DNA of 55,273 nucleotides from Prorocentrum cordatum. Taxonomy: Eukaryota. Position numbers and translations under genes: made by a program. The notes beneath the pieces were generated by a model that worked only from the letters and a program-made list of their open reading frames with translations, made no database searches and was not told the origin of the DNA. This document shows, in pieces, positions 23,966-36,746 of the stretch; the first letter of the stretch is position 1; each line of letters opens with the position of its first letter. The stretch spans positions 62,001 through 117,273 of the forward strand of contig CAUYUJ010000171.1 of NCBI GenBank assembly GCA_963575745.1, in the 5' to 3' direction.

Positions 23966-25789
23966 TGCCCCTCCTCCTCCTCCTCCTCCTCCTCCTCCTC
24001 CTCCTGATCTTCCCCGCCATCCTCCCCCAAGCGTCCCCCGAAGGGTTTCTACAACGGCTGGGGGAACACATGGTCCTATAGCTTGGCAGAGCTCTTACCA
24101 CACCGCTCGGCCACACGGCCGATCCCAGGAGGCAGGGGGTGGCGGTGATTCGCCGTAGGCGTCTTCGATACCAGCCTCCGGATGGATTTGCTACACGTCG
24201 TTCATGTCTAATCGACCTCATTTCTAAGCGTGCTCGTTTCTAATTGTTCCTGGTCCCGTAGTGGCCAGGAAGAGGCCCAGGATAGAACACTTAGAAATGA
24301 AAGGATCTTGGCCCCCAAAAAGACCAAAGAACTTTCGAATGATTCGAAATGACCGAATGTACCTAAACCTCACCATCTTAGGCCGCCCCCACCTGCAAGA
24401 ATTCCCGGAGCAAGCCTCGCATTCCTTCTGGACCCTGGCGTGCCGGGAAGCGAGGCCACGACTGGGGAAGCCCAAAGCACGCCACCAAATCCCTGCGAGG
24501 TCCCCCGACGTAGGCTCCACGGGTCGGGTCCCCACGAGCCTCCTCCTCCTCCTCCTTCTCCTCCTCCTCCTCCTCCGACTCTTCTCTCCTCCTCCTCCTC
24601 CTCCTCCTCCTCTTCTTCTTCTTCTTCTTCTTCGTCCTCCTCCTCCTCCTCCTCCTCCTCCCTCCTCCTCCTCCTCCTCCTCCTCCTCCTCCCTCCTCCT
24701 CCTCCTCCTCCTCCTCCTCCTCCTCCTCCTCCTCCTCCTCCTCCTCCTCCTCCTCCTCCTCCTCCTCCTCCTCCTCCTCCTCCTCCTCCCCTCCTCCTCC
24801 TCCTCCTCCTCCTCCTCCTCCTCCTCCTCCTCCTCCTCCTCCTCCTCCTCCTCCTCCTCCTCCTCCTCCTCCTCCCTCCTCCTCCTCCTCCTCCTCCTCC
24901 TCCTCCTCCTCCTCCTCCTCCTCCTCCTCCTCCCCACGAAAAGAAAGCGGCACGCACTCTCCACGCGGTCTCTCCCGAGCTGCGCATCGAAGCTGCCCAG
25001 TTCCAGCATCCAGACAGGAATAATGCCAGTCGGACTGCGCACGGGAATGCTGTTCCCCACTGGTGTCCCACATTGCCAACGAGGGGAGACACCAGCTGCC
25101 ACGGTGGCAAGACGCATGCCTGAAGGTGTGCAGAGGAGGAACAAAAATACCCTTGCGTACCCCTGCGGCAGAAGACCCTAAACAGCTTTATGCTTTATAC
25201 GGCTTCGATGGGGACCACGATGGAGGTTTACGATGGGGGGCCTACGGGGGGCCACGGGAAAAACCAGGAGGCCGCGTCGCCCCAACCGGATTCCGCATCG
25301 GGCAGTCCGCCGATCCGCTCCGAGGAGCAGTTGCACAGCACCCTTGCAGGCAACCTGCCAGGTGGAGGAGGAGGAGGAGGAGGAGGAGGAGGAGGAGGAG
25401 CAGAAGGAGGAGCAGAAGGAGGAGGAGGAGGGAGGAGGAGGAGGAGGAGGCTCAGGGAGGAGAAGGCGAGGCGAGGAGGAGGGATGGCGGCGAAGGGTGG
25501 AGAGCGGAAGAGCGGAGGAGGGGTGAGGGTGCCGTGCGCCTGCTGCTGCTCCTCCTCCCAGCTTCTCTTACTTCTCTTCCTCCTCCTCCTCCTCCTCCTT
25601 CTCTTCCTCCTCCTCTTCCTCGTCCTCCTTCTGATATACCGTCGCACTCCTCCTCCTCCTCCTCCTCCTCCTCCTCCTCCTAATCCTGTTTCTTCGTCTC
25701 CTCCCCCCCTCCCCCAAGCATCCTCGTCCCTTTTTTTTTTCTCCTCGCCACCATCCTCCACCCATCACCCACCTCCCCCCCCGGGGCAG

Positions 25790-26450
25790 GACTGGCGCAG
25801 AAGGACTCTACCTGCCTACGTGCGCCAATCCATGACAAGTGCGCTCCACGACCCGCAGCGCAACTGCTCGCAAGTGACCTGGTCCGCCGTGGGGGCTTCC
25901 CGATCCATCACGTCGTGGCAAGCATGTGATCTTCGGACGTTTGCGAGCCCGCACTCTCGGCGAGCGCGCTCGGCGAGGTCCTGGCCAGGCGTGCCCTGGG
26001 CCCAGGAGGGGCGAATGCGCGCTCAACTAAGTTTGGGGTGCGTCAATTCTGTAGTCGACCCCCTGCCCGAAGGATGGATAGGGCGAGAGCCTTTTCGCAG
26101 CGCAATCGTCCCTCAGTGAGGGTTTGACCACGGATAGGGCTCGCCTAAGATGATCCGCGAGAACTGGTCGGGATTCACCAGGTTCATGGGAATCTTGCGG
26201 GCGAACATGAAGGACGAATTCCTTAGCACCCACAGAGCCCTGTCCGTGGCAGCCAGAAAGTGGGCCGGATGCCAGAGACCAGCAAGCACACACCACCGCC
26301 CCTCAGTTTGGGACTCCAGAGGTATGAGTCGCGGCCAACGAACACCAGGAAAACAATCAGAGGTGAGTTATTGTGTTTCGAACGCCCTACCAGGCAAATC
26401 GGGAAGGAGGGTCCAGGCGGCCTGGTCGAGCAGGCGGGTTTCTGAAGCGC
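25790..26450 (-). pseudogene. Possible second LINE ORF2 post-RT fragment
   Basis: Complex, non-repetitive sequence. Translations such as LAGLWHPAHFLAATDRA and LRAVALRVVERTCHGLAHVGR loosely resemble post-RT LINE regions. No catalytic motif seen. Confidence 0.3.
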
Positions 26451-26834
26451 ACGTCCTGCATGAATCGCGAAGAAGTCTCGAACGACAGCTCGATTCCCAA
26501 ATCAATCGTAAGGAAATCCACAGCGAGAGTGTCTCCTGAATGTCGAGGGCGCGGCATCTGAATAAAATGAAAGGGAGTCCCACGCGAGAACACGATTCCT
26601 GAATCAATTGTGAGGAGGTCCCGCGCGAGAGCGCGATTGGGGAACACATTGTGAGGAAATATCGGGCGCGAGCCGTTGCTGTTGTACTTCGGGGGCCAAC
26701 AACGCAGATTGAGGAGGAAGACTTCCCCTGATGAAAAAAGATTGCGAGCCCTGGGAAGGGCATTTCAATCGAAAAAGCACATACGTTACCAGAGGGGAGA
26801 TCAACTATACATATTCTTTGGACAGTGAGAGTTC

Positions 26835-26893
<59 letters not shown>

Positions 26894-27233
26894 AACAGCC
26901 TGCAGCCTCGAGACCTCTTCGCGACGAAAGGGATCGGGGAGAGGAGAAGGATGGGAGAAGGAGGAGGAGGAGGAGGAGGAAAAAGAGGAGGAGGAGAAGG
27001 AACATAGGGAAAACGAGGAGGAGGAGGAGGAGGAGGAGGAGGAGGAGGAGGAGGAGGAGGAGAAGGAACACAAGGAACACGAGGAGGAGGCCGTTGTGAG
27101 CGGCTGCCGGTCTCCGAGGATGGCCCGAGCGCTCGCAGCCGGGGTAGCAGGAGAGCACCGCCGAGAGCTGCCAGGCCACGTGGGCGCCGTCGGCGCCCAG
27201 GGGGTCGCCCCAGGTCTCGAAGGTTCGGCACGA

Positions 27234-27662
27234 TCGGGTCGGGCGAAAGGGGGGGATAGCCAAGGGGGGGTTTGAGAATCAGCTCGCGTACCCAGATGGT
27301 CTGGTACCGGAAATTTTCGGTAGCGATTTCGACGCACCCTGAATTTCGGTAGCGACCGGATCTTCGTTTGAGGGCGTTGAAATAGCGGATTTCAGAACGC
27401 TCTGATACTGGTATTGGGCGCTACATTTCGGTATTTCGGTAGCGACCGATCTCTGCGGAGCGCTACCGGAAATTTTCGGTAGCGGACCATCAGGGGGGGG
27501 TTTGAGAATCAGCTCGCGCAGCCGACTTTCCCGGCGCCTCCCGGCGCCAGAGGCGGCCCATGCGTCGAGGAACGGGCCCCTCGGTGGGGCCGAAACCGGC
27601 TGCGTGCAGCAAATTTCGTACCCCCCCCCCTTTAATAATTCCCCCCCTGTCGCCCGACCCGA
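27234..27662. mobile_element. TIR element K with internal duplication
   Basis: TIR tcgggtcgggcgaaagggggg / cccccctgtcgcccgacccga; 5-bp TSD cacga; internal tttcggtagcga repeats. Confidence 0.8.
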
Positions 27663-27727
27663 CACGAGCCCTGGGTCTCCGTCAGGAACTTGTCGGAGGC
27701 CTGCCCTCTCCTCCTCGTCGCCGTCGC

Positions 27728-27777
<50 letters not shown>

Positions 27778-27935
27778 TCGTCGTCGTCGTCGTTTTTCGC
27801 GGGTTTTTCGGGGCCGCGGGGGACCCAACCTGGGCGCGCCAGCCGCTGCTCCTGCTTCGGTCTCAGCCATCTGGGGACCCATCTGTGCCCGCACCAAAGG
27901 TCACTCCGGCGAAAGGTCACTCTTACGTCTAGTCG

Positions 27936-27989
<54 letters not shown>

Positions 27990-29364
27990 CCGGGCGGAGG
28001 CCGGCCATCGCCAGCGCGCTCGCCCAACGCACCGCGGGAGGTCCGAGGAGCAGCGGCATCGGCATCCAAGGTCGAGGGGATTCTGTCTGATTGCCGCACT
28101 TTGTGACAGCTAGGGGGCAAATCAGTGACTCGACGGCGAAGCAATCGGCGCGCCAGAGGCGTCCCAACCGTGAGCCGCGCCAAACGCGCGCCGAGCATGC
28201 AAACGCAAGCAAGCTGGAGACGTCAATTGCGCTCCACGTGCGCGCCAAATGCGTGCCAATGAACCAATCGTGGACCTAGGTGGCCTCACACGAGTCAAAG
28301 CAGCATACACACATGTACATACTCATAGATGTGTAGATATACCTATGTATGTGTATAGCTCGCCCCGTCTACCAAACTCTACCTCCAGATTGCTGTAGAT
28401 CTGAGTGCTACCCTCCACCCCCCTCCAAGTACTTACCTTCCCGTTTTCCTTAGACTTCATTCCTTCTTCATCGTCGCTTTTCCTCTTCCCCTTCTCCCTA
28501 GTGTTCTTTCCCTTATCGGTTCTTTCTAATGTTCAGTGTTTCCGTCTACTCCATCCCCTTCCTCCTCCCCTTTTCCCCCATCGCTCTCTCACTCATGTAT
28601 CCTTGTCCGTATCTTCTCTCCCCATCTGTGTTGGACATGGGGTGAGTAGGGGAGGAGGACGAAGAATACGAATGGAGAAGGAGGAGAAAATGATTGGAGG
28701 AGGGCGGTGGTTCGAGAATGAATGACAAAGATGCTCCACCCGGCTTTGGCGATCGTCTCAGAAGCGACCCGCAAGACGTTTGAGGCTTGTGGCGCGTTAA
28801 TATATCAACAAAAAATAACATATGATGGGCGCAAGACTGCGAAGGTGTGTGCTGTCTGCTGTCATGTGTTATATGGTGCCATTTGTTGTTTGTCCTTTTG
28901 TCTCTCCAGTCCTGTTTCCTGCCTCCTGTCTACTGTCTGGTAAAGGGGCCCCGCCGCGTCACCAAACAGCCAACGGGGGAGGTGAACCTCAAATCCAGGC
29001 TGCTCCGGGCCACCCCAGGATTCTTATGGTGACGCCACCGCGCGGCCAAAACGACCCGAGAGGCCTCCAAGATTGCCCGACGAGGCCCCGAAGAGAACCG
29101 CAGGAGGCCAAGACGGCCAAAGATGGACCCAAAATGTCCCACGATGGTCCCAAGACGGCCCAAGACGCCGCCAGGACGGCCCAAGAGGCCTCCAAGAGGC
29201 CTCCCAAGAGGGCCCCACGAACCAAACATCAACGATGTTCCTGACGTTTTGGAAGGTTTTGGGCCTTCTCGCCTTTTCGGCTTTCCGACGCTCCGAAACG
29301 GACCAAAATGTTCCCAAAATCGCCCCACGACGGCCCTAGAAGCTTCCATAAAGGCACAAGAGGC

Positions 29365-29382
29365 CTCTCTCTTTCTCTTTTT

Positions 29383-29433
<51 letters not shown>

Positions 29434-29705
29434 ATCTCTGTCTCATGTTGTTTCTAAGCCTCTCTTTTTCTCTTCGTTTTTTTTTTTGGTCTCTCTCTCT
29501 CTCTCTCTCTCTCTCCCTCTTTGTCTTTCTCTCTCTCTCTCTCCTTCCCTCTCTCTCTCTCTCCCTCCCTCCCTCCGTCTCTTTCTCCTTCTCGCCCTTT
29601 CTCTCTCGCTCTCTCTCTCTCTCTCTCTCCCTCTCTCTTCCTAGTTTTTTCTCGTTCGCCTCCACTCTCCCCCGCCGTCCCTCGCCCTCCCTTTCTCTTT
29701 TCTCC
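29365..29705. repeat. (CT)n-rich tract (other dinucleotide tracts: (TA)n(TG)n 51288-51394; (TA)n 34716-34739)
   Basis: Directly visible. Confidence 0.95.
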
Positions 29706-30181
29706 ATCTGCATTTTCACCCAGGCGCTCTCTCACCTGCAAACGTCGCCGCCGCAGTGGCCGAGCGCGCGCCGAGCTAGAAGACAACCCGAGCGACGGCG
29801 GCAGGCGCATCGCTTTGAAGCTGCTACTTCGCGGCGTCGCGCTGGCGTCGCGCTGCAGAATCGCGCGCGGGCAGGAAGGCGCGCTTGATAATAAGGCAGC
29901 GGCGCAGCGACGCGCACCGACGGCGCCCCTACGTTCTCGCTCCCACCCGCCAGCGACATCTCTGCCCCAAGCAATTCGGGCGCTTCTGAACGCATCGTCA
30001 TCCGTTGGCTCCCGCGTCCGTCGGCGCGGCGTCATCCGTTGGCTCCCGCTCCCTTCCCTCCTCTTTTCGTTGGCAAGGCACCGCAGCTCCGAGGCCGCTC
30101 CGGGCCCCCCGCGGCGGGCTGCAGCGGCGCCGCCGAAATCGGCGGCACGTGGGCGGCGTGCGCGCGCGCGAGGGACGCGAG

Positions 30182-30394
30182 TTTGGACGCCCGACATGGG
30201 TACCGAAAGAATGGGTACGATGCCCAACAACAAATGTTGTCCCAAGCCAACAGCGGCCGCTGTTGGGCAGGCGGCCTTCTGTCTCGAATGGACACAGGCC
30301 GCGGCGGCGCGGACAGCGGATTTTGTTCAAAATGAACAGGAACTGCTGTTGGGCACCGTACCCATTGTTTCCGTGCCCATCTCGGGCGTCCAAA
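30182..30394. mobile_element. MITE family B, copy 1
   Basis: ~47-bp imperfect TIR starting tttggacgcccga; homologous to 34283-34502. Confidence 0.85.
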
Positions 30395-31252
30395 ACGAGG
30401 AGGGCCAGCGGGGAGTCGAACTGTGCTTCGCCCTCGTGCGTCCGAGTTTGGCAAGGCCCCTTCCCCGGTCGCCCGCGCCGCCGCCGCGTCGCCGCCGTCG
30501 CGGCGGGCCGCTCCTGGCTGGACGTGGGCCGCCGGGGCCTCGCACGGCGCGGCGGCCGCCCGCGCCTTCGCCCCGCGGGCGCAGCGGCGCGGGCGCGGTC
30601 GCGGGGGCGACGGTGACGGGCAGAGCGCCGCGGGGAGGCCCGCGGGGCAAGCGGCGCGCGACGCTCCGTCGGCCGGCGGCGGCGCCCCGCGACGGCGCGG
30701 CCGCGCGGCCTGCCCCCGAGAGGGGGGATGGCCGCATCGTGAGGAAGACGCTCGCGAAGCGGCCCGCGCAGAGGAAGACGGCGAAGACTTCGCGCGAGGC
30801 GCGGAACGAAGACGGCGACATCTCGGGAGGGGAGACTCGTGGCGAGCATGACGTTGAAGGACTTGCACAAGATGAGCGACGAGAGCATCGTGGACGTGCT
30901 GATCGGCGACGGCGTTCTGCAGGACATGACTGGACGGCAGTGCTCTTGCTGCGGGCGCGGCGCCCCCGGACCTCTCAAGCTATTTGAAGGACGGGGCAGG
31001 CGGTGCAGGCGCGGCGCGAAGAAGCGCCAAAAGCTGGTCCTGCCGCGCGCCGAGCACTTGATCTCCAAGGTCGGGAATGGGCCCCAACAGACCCCTCTCC
31101 AAGATCGGGCGGCGGCGGTGCACTGCGCCATCCCGAGCGCCCCCCCAGTCCACGGCCCACTGCCTGACAGGCCCGAGGCACAAGACGATCGGGGACATCT
31201 GCCGCGCGAGCGACATGGCCCGCAGCCTCTGCGCGCGGGAGATGGAGAAGTC

Positions 31253-31425
31253 TAAAACAGGGCTAGGATCGGGATAAATTGCTCCAGAGCGTTCCGGAGC
31301 GCTCTCAGAGCGTTCCGGAAAGCTCTGGAGCGGCCGCGGCGCCCAATACATCCTCCAAACCCGCCGATTCTCAGAGATTTCGAGCTATCCCGATCCGATT
31401 TTGTCCCGATCTTCGCGTCGTTTTA
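31253..31425. mobile_element. TIR element D, inserted in the Merlin transposase
   Basis: Ends taaaac / gtttta; 5-bp TSD aagtc. Removal restores the in-frame sequence EMEKSVEVG. Confidence 0.85.
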
Positions 31426-31609
31426 AAGTCCGTTGAGGTCGGCAGTGAATCGGGCAACGGGACGCGGCGCGACGTCGAGGCGGACCGGACGAGGTCGACC
31501 TCGAGAAGGCCATCGTCGGTGACGACGGCCCGCCGCCGCAGGAAGCCACGGCGGCTCGGGAGCAGTGGTGCGGCGTTCAGTAGCGGGGGGGGGTCCGCGC
31601 GCGCTTATC

Positions 31610-31803
31610 TCGGGAGCGGCCAAGAGGGGGGTGTCCAAGAAGGGGGGGTGCAAATCATGACCGGCGGCATGTGCGCGGCCCAGCGGGGGGGCCAGGGACG
31701 TAATGAAATAAGAAGGGGCGCCATGAAATCTGGGGAAAAATCATGGCCCCCGCCATGATATCCACCCCCCCCTAGTCATCACCCCCCTCTTTTCCGCCCC
31801 CGA
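31610..31803. mobile_element. MITE family A, copy 3, inserted in the Merlin transposase
   Basis: Same TIRs; 7-bp TSD gcttatc (31603-31609 and 31804-31810). Confidence 0.9.
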
Positions 31804-32449
31804 GCTTATCTTGACGCAGCCCGTTCCGCGGGCGCCCGGGCCAGGGAGAAGTTTGCGCGGAAGCACCTCCAGAGCCGCAGCGTCGCTCTCCACGCGGGCG
31901 GCGCCCGCACCTGCAAGCTCAAGATATCCGGGATGATTCGCGACCGCGTGGTTCACGCGAAGAAGAAGAAGCCGAAGGACCAGAAAGGGAGCCCAGTCAA
32001 GCGCTACGGGAAGGCCGCGGACCCCCCCCCCGAAGCACGCCCAATAATTCAAGCACATCGCCCCTGGAATGCAAAGGGCGGCGATGTGCATGGGGGGCGC
32101 GCGGGTGGTCGACCGCTTCCGGCAGCTTCTGCGTGGCTACCTGAAGTGCAGGTCTGGGGCCGTTGGCAGCGCGCCCTTGCGGAATCGCATTCGGTCTGAT
32201 CATCGGCGGGCCCATTGGCATCGGGAGGGCGACTCGTAGTCAAAGGCGGGCGAGATGCCGAAGCTTCTGGGCACGCGAGCGCAGCCTCGCGGCGGGGCAT
32301 CGGCATCGCCCGCGCGCGGGCGGCAGCGCAGACGATCGGCGTCGTCGCAAGGCGCAGGCGTTAGCATGGAGAGGGGCCCGCTGTTGCAGGACATTGGATT
32401 GCGCCGATCTGCGCATGGGAAGGGCGCGAAATGCTCCAATGATTTCGGG

Positions 32450-34165
32450 AACATCCGCAAATAATGCAATGCTGGGAAGGGAAATGCACATTCGCTGCTC
32501 TTAGGTATCAAGGCTATAGACCAACTGTTTATCCCAAACATTAAAAACGCAGAACGCACCCCTCACGGGGTTCGCATGTGTCAGAGCTAATGAAACACGA
32601 TGATTTCGAGATGTTTCCAGGCATAGAATGCCCCCTCACAGGGCTCGTAGGTGCCAAGGGAAAACAAATATGGGTTCAAACCGTTTTCGAATACAAAACA
32701 CACCCCTCGCAGGGTTCGTAGGTGTCAGGCCCTCAGAATACAATGGTTGATTAGAGGTTCTAGAATGCGGAACACACACACCACAGGGCTCGTAGGCCTT
32801 AGGGCTAAACAATACACTGGCTTTTGAAGATTTGCAAACACAGGACTCACACACCACATGGATCTATTTTTGAAGGTGGGCGAACACAGAACGCACCTTT
32901 CAGAAGGTTCGTAAGTGTGAGAGCTACAGAACACAAAGTTCGTTCAACTATTCCTGCACAGTGGCATGCGCGAGATCCATCCAGGATGTCTTGAGAAATT
33001 GCGAAACAATCATCAATCTTCTATTTTTTGTTGTAATGTAAGAACGTACGTTTACAGCCTGACCCCTACGAACCCCTTGATGGTAGCAGTCTGTTGTTTG
33101 AGGTATCCTAACATTATTTAATCTGGCATCTGCAAAACCTGCGGGGTGCACTCTGGGAGCCCAACAATGACAACACAATGTTTTCACGTCGCATGTCACG
33201 GAACCCTGTGATGTCATTCGTTTGTTTGTCGTAGGTTTGCGGAAACATGTGGTTTCATTGAACTGCTTGTGTGTTGTTGTTTTTGCTGCGCCTGTATGAT
33301 TTCATCAACGCCGCCGGCGGCGGATCAGATCCGCCCAATATCGCCTGGGGCCAACAATGCAAGAAAAGACAAAACAACTCAATGAAATCACGAGGTTCCC
33401 AAAAACATATGACAAAACAAACTGGATGAAACTACAAGGTTTCGCGACATGTGATGCGAACGCGATGTGTTTTCATGGCTTTGGGGTTGCCAGAAGGCAC
33501 CCCTCACAGGTTTCATGGCTGCCATATATGAAAAGAAAAAACTTCGTTACAACATAAAACAAATCAGGAAACACATTGCAACCAGCACAAGGATCGAAGG
33601 GGTCATGATTGGGATCAACAAAGTGCCTGAAGTATGCTATATGTTGTTGTTTTGTTTTGGACGTTTTGGCGATATCCTGGATGAGGGGCGCAAGCGTAGC
33701 GTTGTATATACATATACATCTACCTTGTTTTTTGCACCCATGAGCCCTGCGAGGGGTGCGCTCTGTGTTCTAGACCATGAACACAACCAGTGTGTTTTCA
33801 GTTCTGACACCCACGAAAGCTGTGAATGTGCATTCTTTGCTCTCAAATCTTCAAAACACAATCCTGTTTTTTTTCAGCTTTCAGCTATGGCACCGACGAA
33901 CCACATGAGGGGTGAGTTCTGTGTTTTTAAGCCGTCAAGAGCCATTGTGCTTCTAAGGCATGACACCTACGAACCCTGTGAAGGTGTGTTCTGTACATTC
34001 CAACCTGCTTGTTATTACCACCTTGCGTTTTTAGCCCTGACACATACGATCCCCGTGGAGGGTGTTCTTCGGGTTATGTTAAATGCAAATGTAACCTTCC
34101 GGGTTAGGGGCCTGCTTCTTTCTGATTGAATGCGTTTTCCGGATTGCATGAATATGCCAGATCAA
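32450..34165. repeat. ~1.7 kb degenerate AT-rich palindrome (foldback element) centred near 33325
   Basis: Mirror pairs: 32980/33683 (catccaggat), 33061/33604 (gacccct), 33125/33523, 33189-33270/33365-33455, and subterminal accctc.caggg.tcgtaggtg repeats at 32555-32920 vs 33735-34065. Confidence 0.75.
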
Positions 34166-34282
34166 CTTTCTCCAAATAGGCTTGCCTTATAGGAGTCCTA
34201 GCTCATCATACGAAAAATTGTCTTTAAGACCCCCCCCTTTTTCCAATGGCGCCCCCCATATCTCCAATGGCGCCCCCTTTCC

Positions 34283-34502
34283 TTTGGACGCCCGAAACTG
34301 GTACGGAAAAAAATTGTACAATGCCCAACAACAAATGTTGTCCCAAACCAACAGCGGCCGCTGTTGGGCAGGCGGCCTCCTGTCCCGAATGAACAATTAA
34401 CACAGGCCGCGGCGGCGTGGACAGCAAATCCGGTTCAGCAGGAGCAAGAACGGCTCTTGGGCACGGTGCCCATTCCTTCCGTGCCCACTTCGTGCGTGCA
34501 GA
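34283..34502. mobile_element. MITE family B, copy 2
   Basis: Same internal sequence as copy 1; 7-bp TSD cctttcc. Confidence 0.85.
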
Positions 34503-35689
34503 CCTTTCCCCCCCCCCTCTTCTGCTGTTTGCGCCGGCTGCGGCGCGTGGACGAGACCTCCGAGGGCCCCGGGCGAGAGCTGGCGGCGGGGGGCGCGCCG
34601 GCTGCAGCGGCGCGCGGGCGGCGCGCGGGTGGCCCCTGGAGGCCGCGGCGCGCTTCGAAGCGCAGCTGGCCGCGGGCGCAGGCCTTCTACAGGGCAGTTT
34701 TTAACATGGGATTTTTATATATATATATATATATATATAGGGTTTTAATATATGACTACTGTATGGATGAATGCATGCGTGAACTCATCGTTGTTTTTTA
34801 TACTAAGTCCCTGCATGTTTTATACATGATCCGCACGCGGAGCATGTAGTAAAACCGGCGCTGTACTTTTGCCTAGGCGTCAGCGGCGCATCGCCGCAGC
34901 GCAAGGTCTGCGCTGTGCGGCAGTTCCACGGCGACAGACTCCACGAGTCCGCGCTGAACGGGCCGATGACCACAACACTTCCTCAGATGTGTATTCCGCG
35001 AGCTCGTCGCCCCCACTGCGTCCGTCTGGAGCGCAGTTGAATAGCCCAACGCCTCCGCGACGTGGATAAGAGGGTGCGCGAGTGGATCGACGTATCCGGG
35101 AAGGAAAAATATGAGGGATGAGACAAACGCCCCTACCCTGGGTTACAAGTGCGTGGCCTGTAAACCTCCTGCGAGCTCCCAAAAGCTAGAGAGCCGCCAG
35201 TAAGCCGCGCGACACGCGCGATACGCAGGGTCGATCCCGTCAGCCCACAGGAGGTTCGGCGCACAGCGCGTCGCAAACCAGGGTAGGGGCGTTCTTTCAG
35301 CCCTTGACAATAGCCCTGAGATCCGATGTCGTGATTTTTTCAATACGGGGCCCCTGGAAGTCTCGACCAATTCCCCAGGACCGGTTTGTCATCCCGAGCC
35401 GTGTTTTGACGGTCCCGAGGCCCGGCGAGGGCACCTAGAGACCGAAAACCTTGAAGAACGTCCGTCTGGATTTGTTCAATACGTTGGATCTCTGGGGACG
35501 TATACGGGAAGGAAAAATGGCTCCCGAACTGCTGCGGAGCTGTCTGCGCGACGCGCAGGCGCCAAGACGGAGCGGGCTGGCCGCGGCCCCCGCTGCGACA
35601 ACGGCGCGCAAGGCGACCTCGGCCGCAGGTGGGGCGCCGCATCTCCGGGGGGCCCTTCCTGGACTCCCCCCTGGCGAAGCGGAGGACGC

Positions 35690-36112
35690 TCGGGGGTGGC
35701 CAAGGAGGGGGGCGTCCAAGAGTTTGGAGTCCCGAAAAACGGTGCGGTGACAGACCGTGCGGTGACCTCGAAACCCCCGAAGACCTCACCGCACGGTCCG
35801 TCACCGCACGGTCTTGGGACCCCAGAGGCCCCTGTTGCCTGAGACATCCTCGGAGAACGACCCGAGTCCCAAAACCGTGCGGTGACCCCGAATCCCCACC
35901 GACTCACCGCACGGTGTGGTCACCACCCCGTTTGGGGACCCCCGAGTCTAAGAGGGGGGGGTGCTAATCATTACCGGCGGCACGTGCGCGGCCAAGCGAG
36001 GGGACCAGGGACGTGATGAAACAAGAGGAGGCGCCATATAATCTGGGGAAGTACCATGGCCCCCGCCATGATATCCCCCCCTAATCATCACCCCTCTCTT
36101 TGACTCCCCCTG
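35690..36112. mobile_element. MITE family A, copy 4, carrying a nested TIR element (35723-35945)
   Basis: Family A sequence is split at gtccaagag/gtctaagag (9-bp TSD, 1 mismatch) by an element tttggagtcccg...gggacccccga with internal accgtgcggtga repeats. Confidence 0.8.
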
Positions 36113-36554
36113 CGAAGCGAAGGACGTGGTCGGGGAGCGGAATGGCCGCGAGCGTCCCGGGACGCTTGGGCGACATCGTTTGGGAGCCCACAAAGGACGT
36201 GCGCGCCCAGCTATGTACATGAACACGGTCCCTTGAAACGCGAGACCGGCCGCGTGATACGAACATTCGCGCAACGCGAACTCTCGAAACCAGCGAGGAT
36301 TCATGTACGTGTACGTCCTTCTTTCGCTCCTGAAACGTGCATGTTCCGAAAATGTGACGGGCAGGGGCCTCGAGACGCGTGCGCGAGCGTCTGAACAGAA
36401 AGTCCACCACTTCCCGTTGAAGGTCGGGAGAGGACTGGGCTCTGTGAGCCGTCGCCTCTGCGGGGTCGTAGATGCAGAGTTGCGCGTCCTTTGGACTGCG
36501 GCCGGCTGCTGCCCGCAGACCGCTTTGGTCGTGGATGCAGAGGCGCCCATAGAC

Positions 36555-36746
36555 TTATGTCGGGCGTGTCCCCCTACAGAAGGATTTTCAAAGAAAAATT
36601 AAAAATACCCCCAAAATACCCCAAAGAGGTCAAGAAAAATTCAAAGAATAGTCCCCAGACTATCTTTGGACTATTCTTGGACAATGTTTGGGGTATTCTT
36701 TATTTCTCGTCGAGAATCCCCCTGTAGGGGGACAGGCCCGACTTAA
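36555..36746. mobile_element. MITE family C, copy 1
   Basis: TIR ttatgtcgggcgtgtccccctaca / tgtagggggacaggcccgacttaa; perfect 8-bp TSD ccatagac. Confidence 0.9.

Larger units (their letters stand above)
30730..32275 (+). pseudogene. Merlin / IS1595 (ISXO2-like) DDE transposase, degenerate
   Basis: Zn-ribbon QCSCC..RC (~30938-31030); DVEAD(E)VDL (~31470-31500, VEVDE motif); EQWCGV; RAPGPG; VALHAGGARTCKL (I.TD...Y..L motif); DRVVH; GGARVVDRFRQLLR. Two TIR inserts interrupt it. Confidence 0.75.

Noticed and set aside
31248..31430. Insert D as a perfectly spliced Introner
   Set aside because: Within the aagtc TSD no single register gives both a GT/GC/GA donor and an AG acceptor while restoring the frame.
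33467..34129. 220-aa ORF in the AT-rich island
   Set aside because: It lies in one arm of the large palindrome, its translation tracks the subterminal repeats, and no domain motif is visible.
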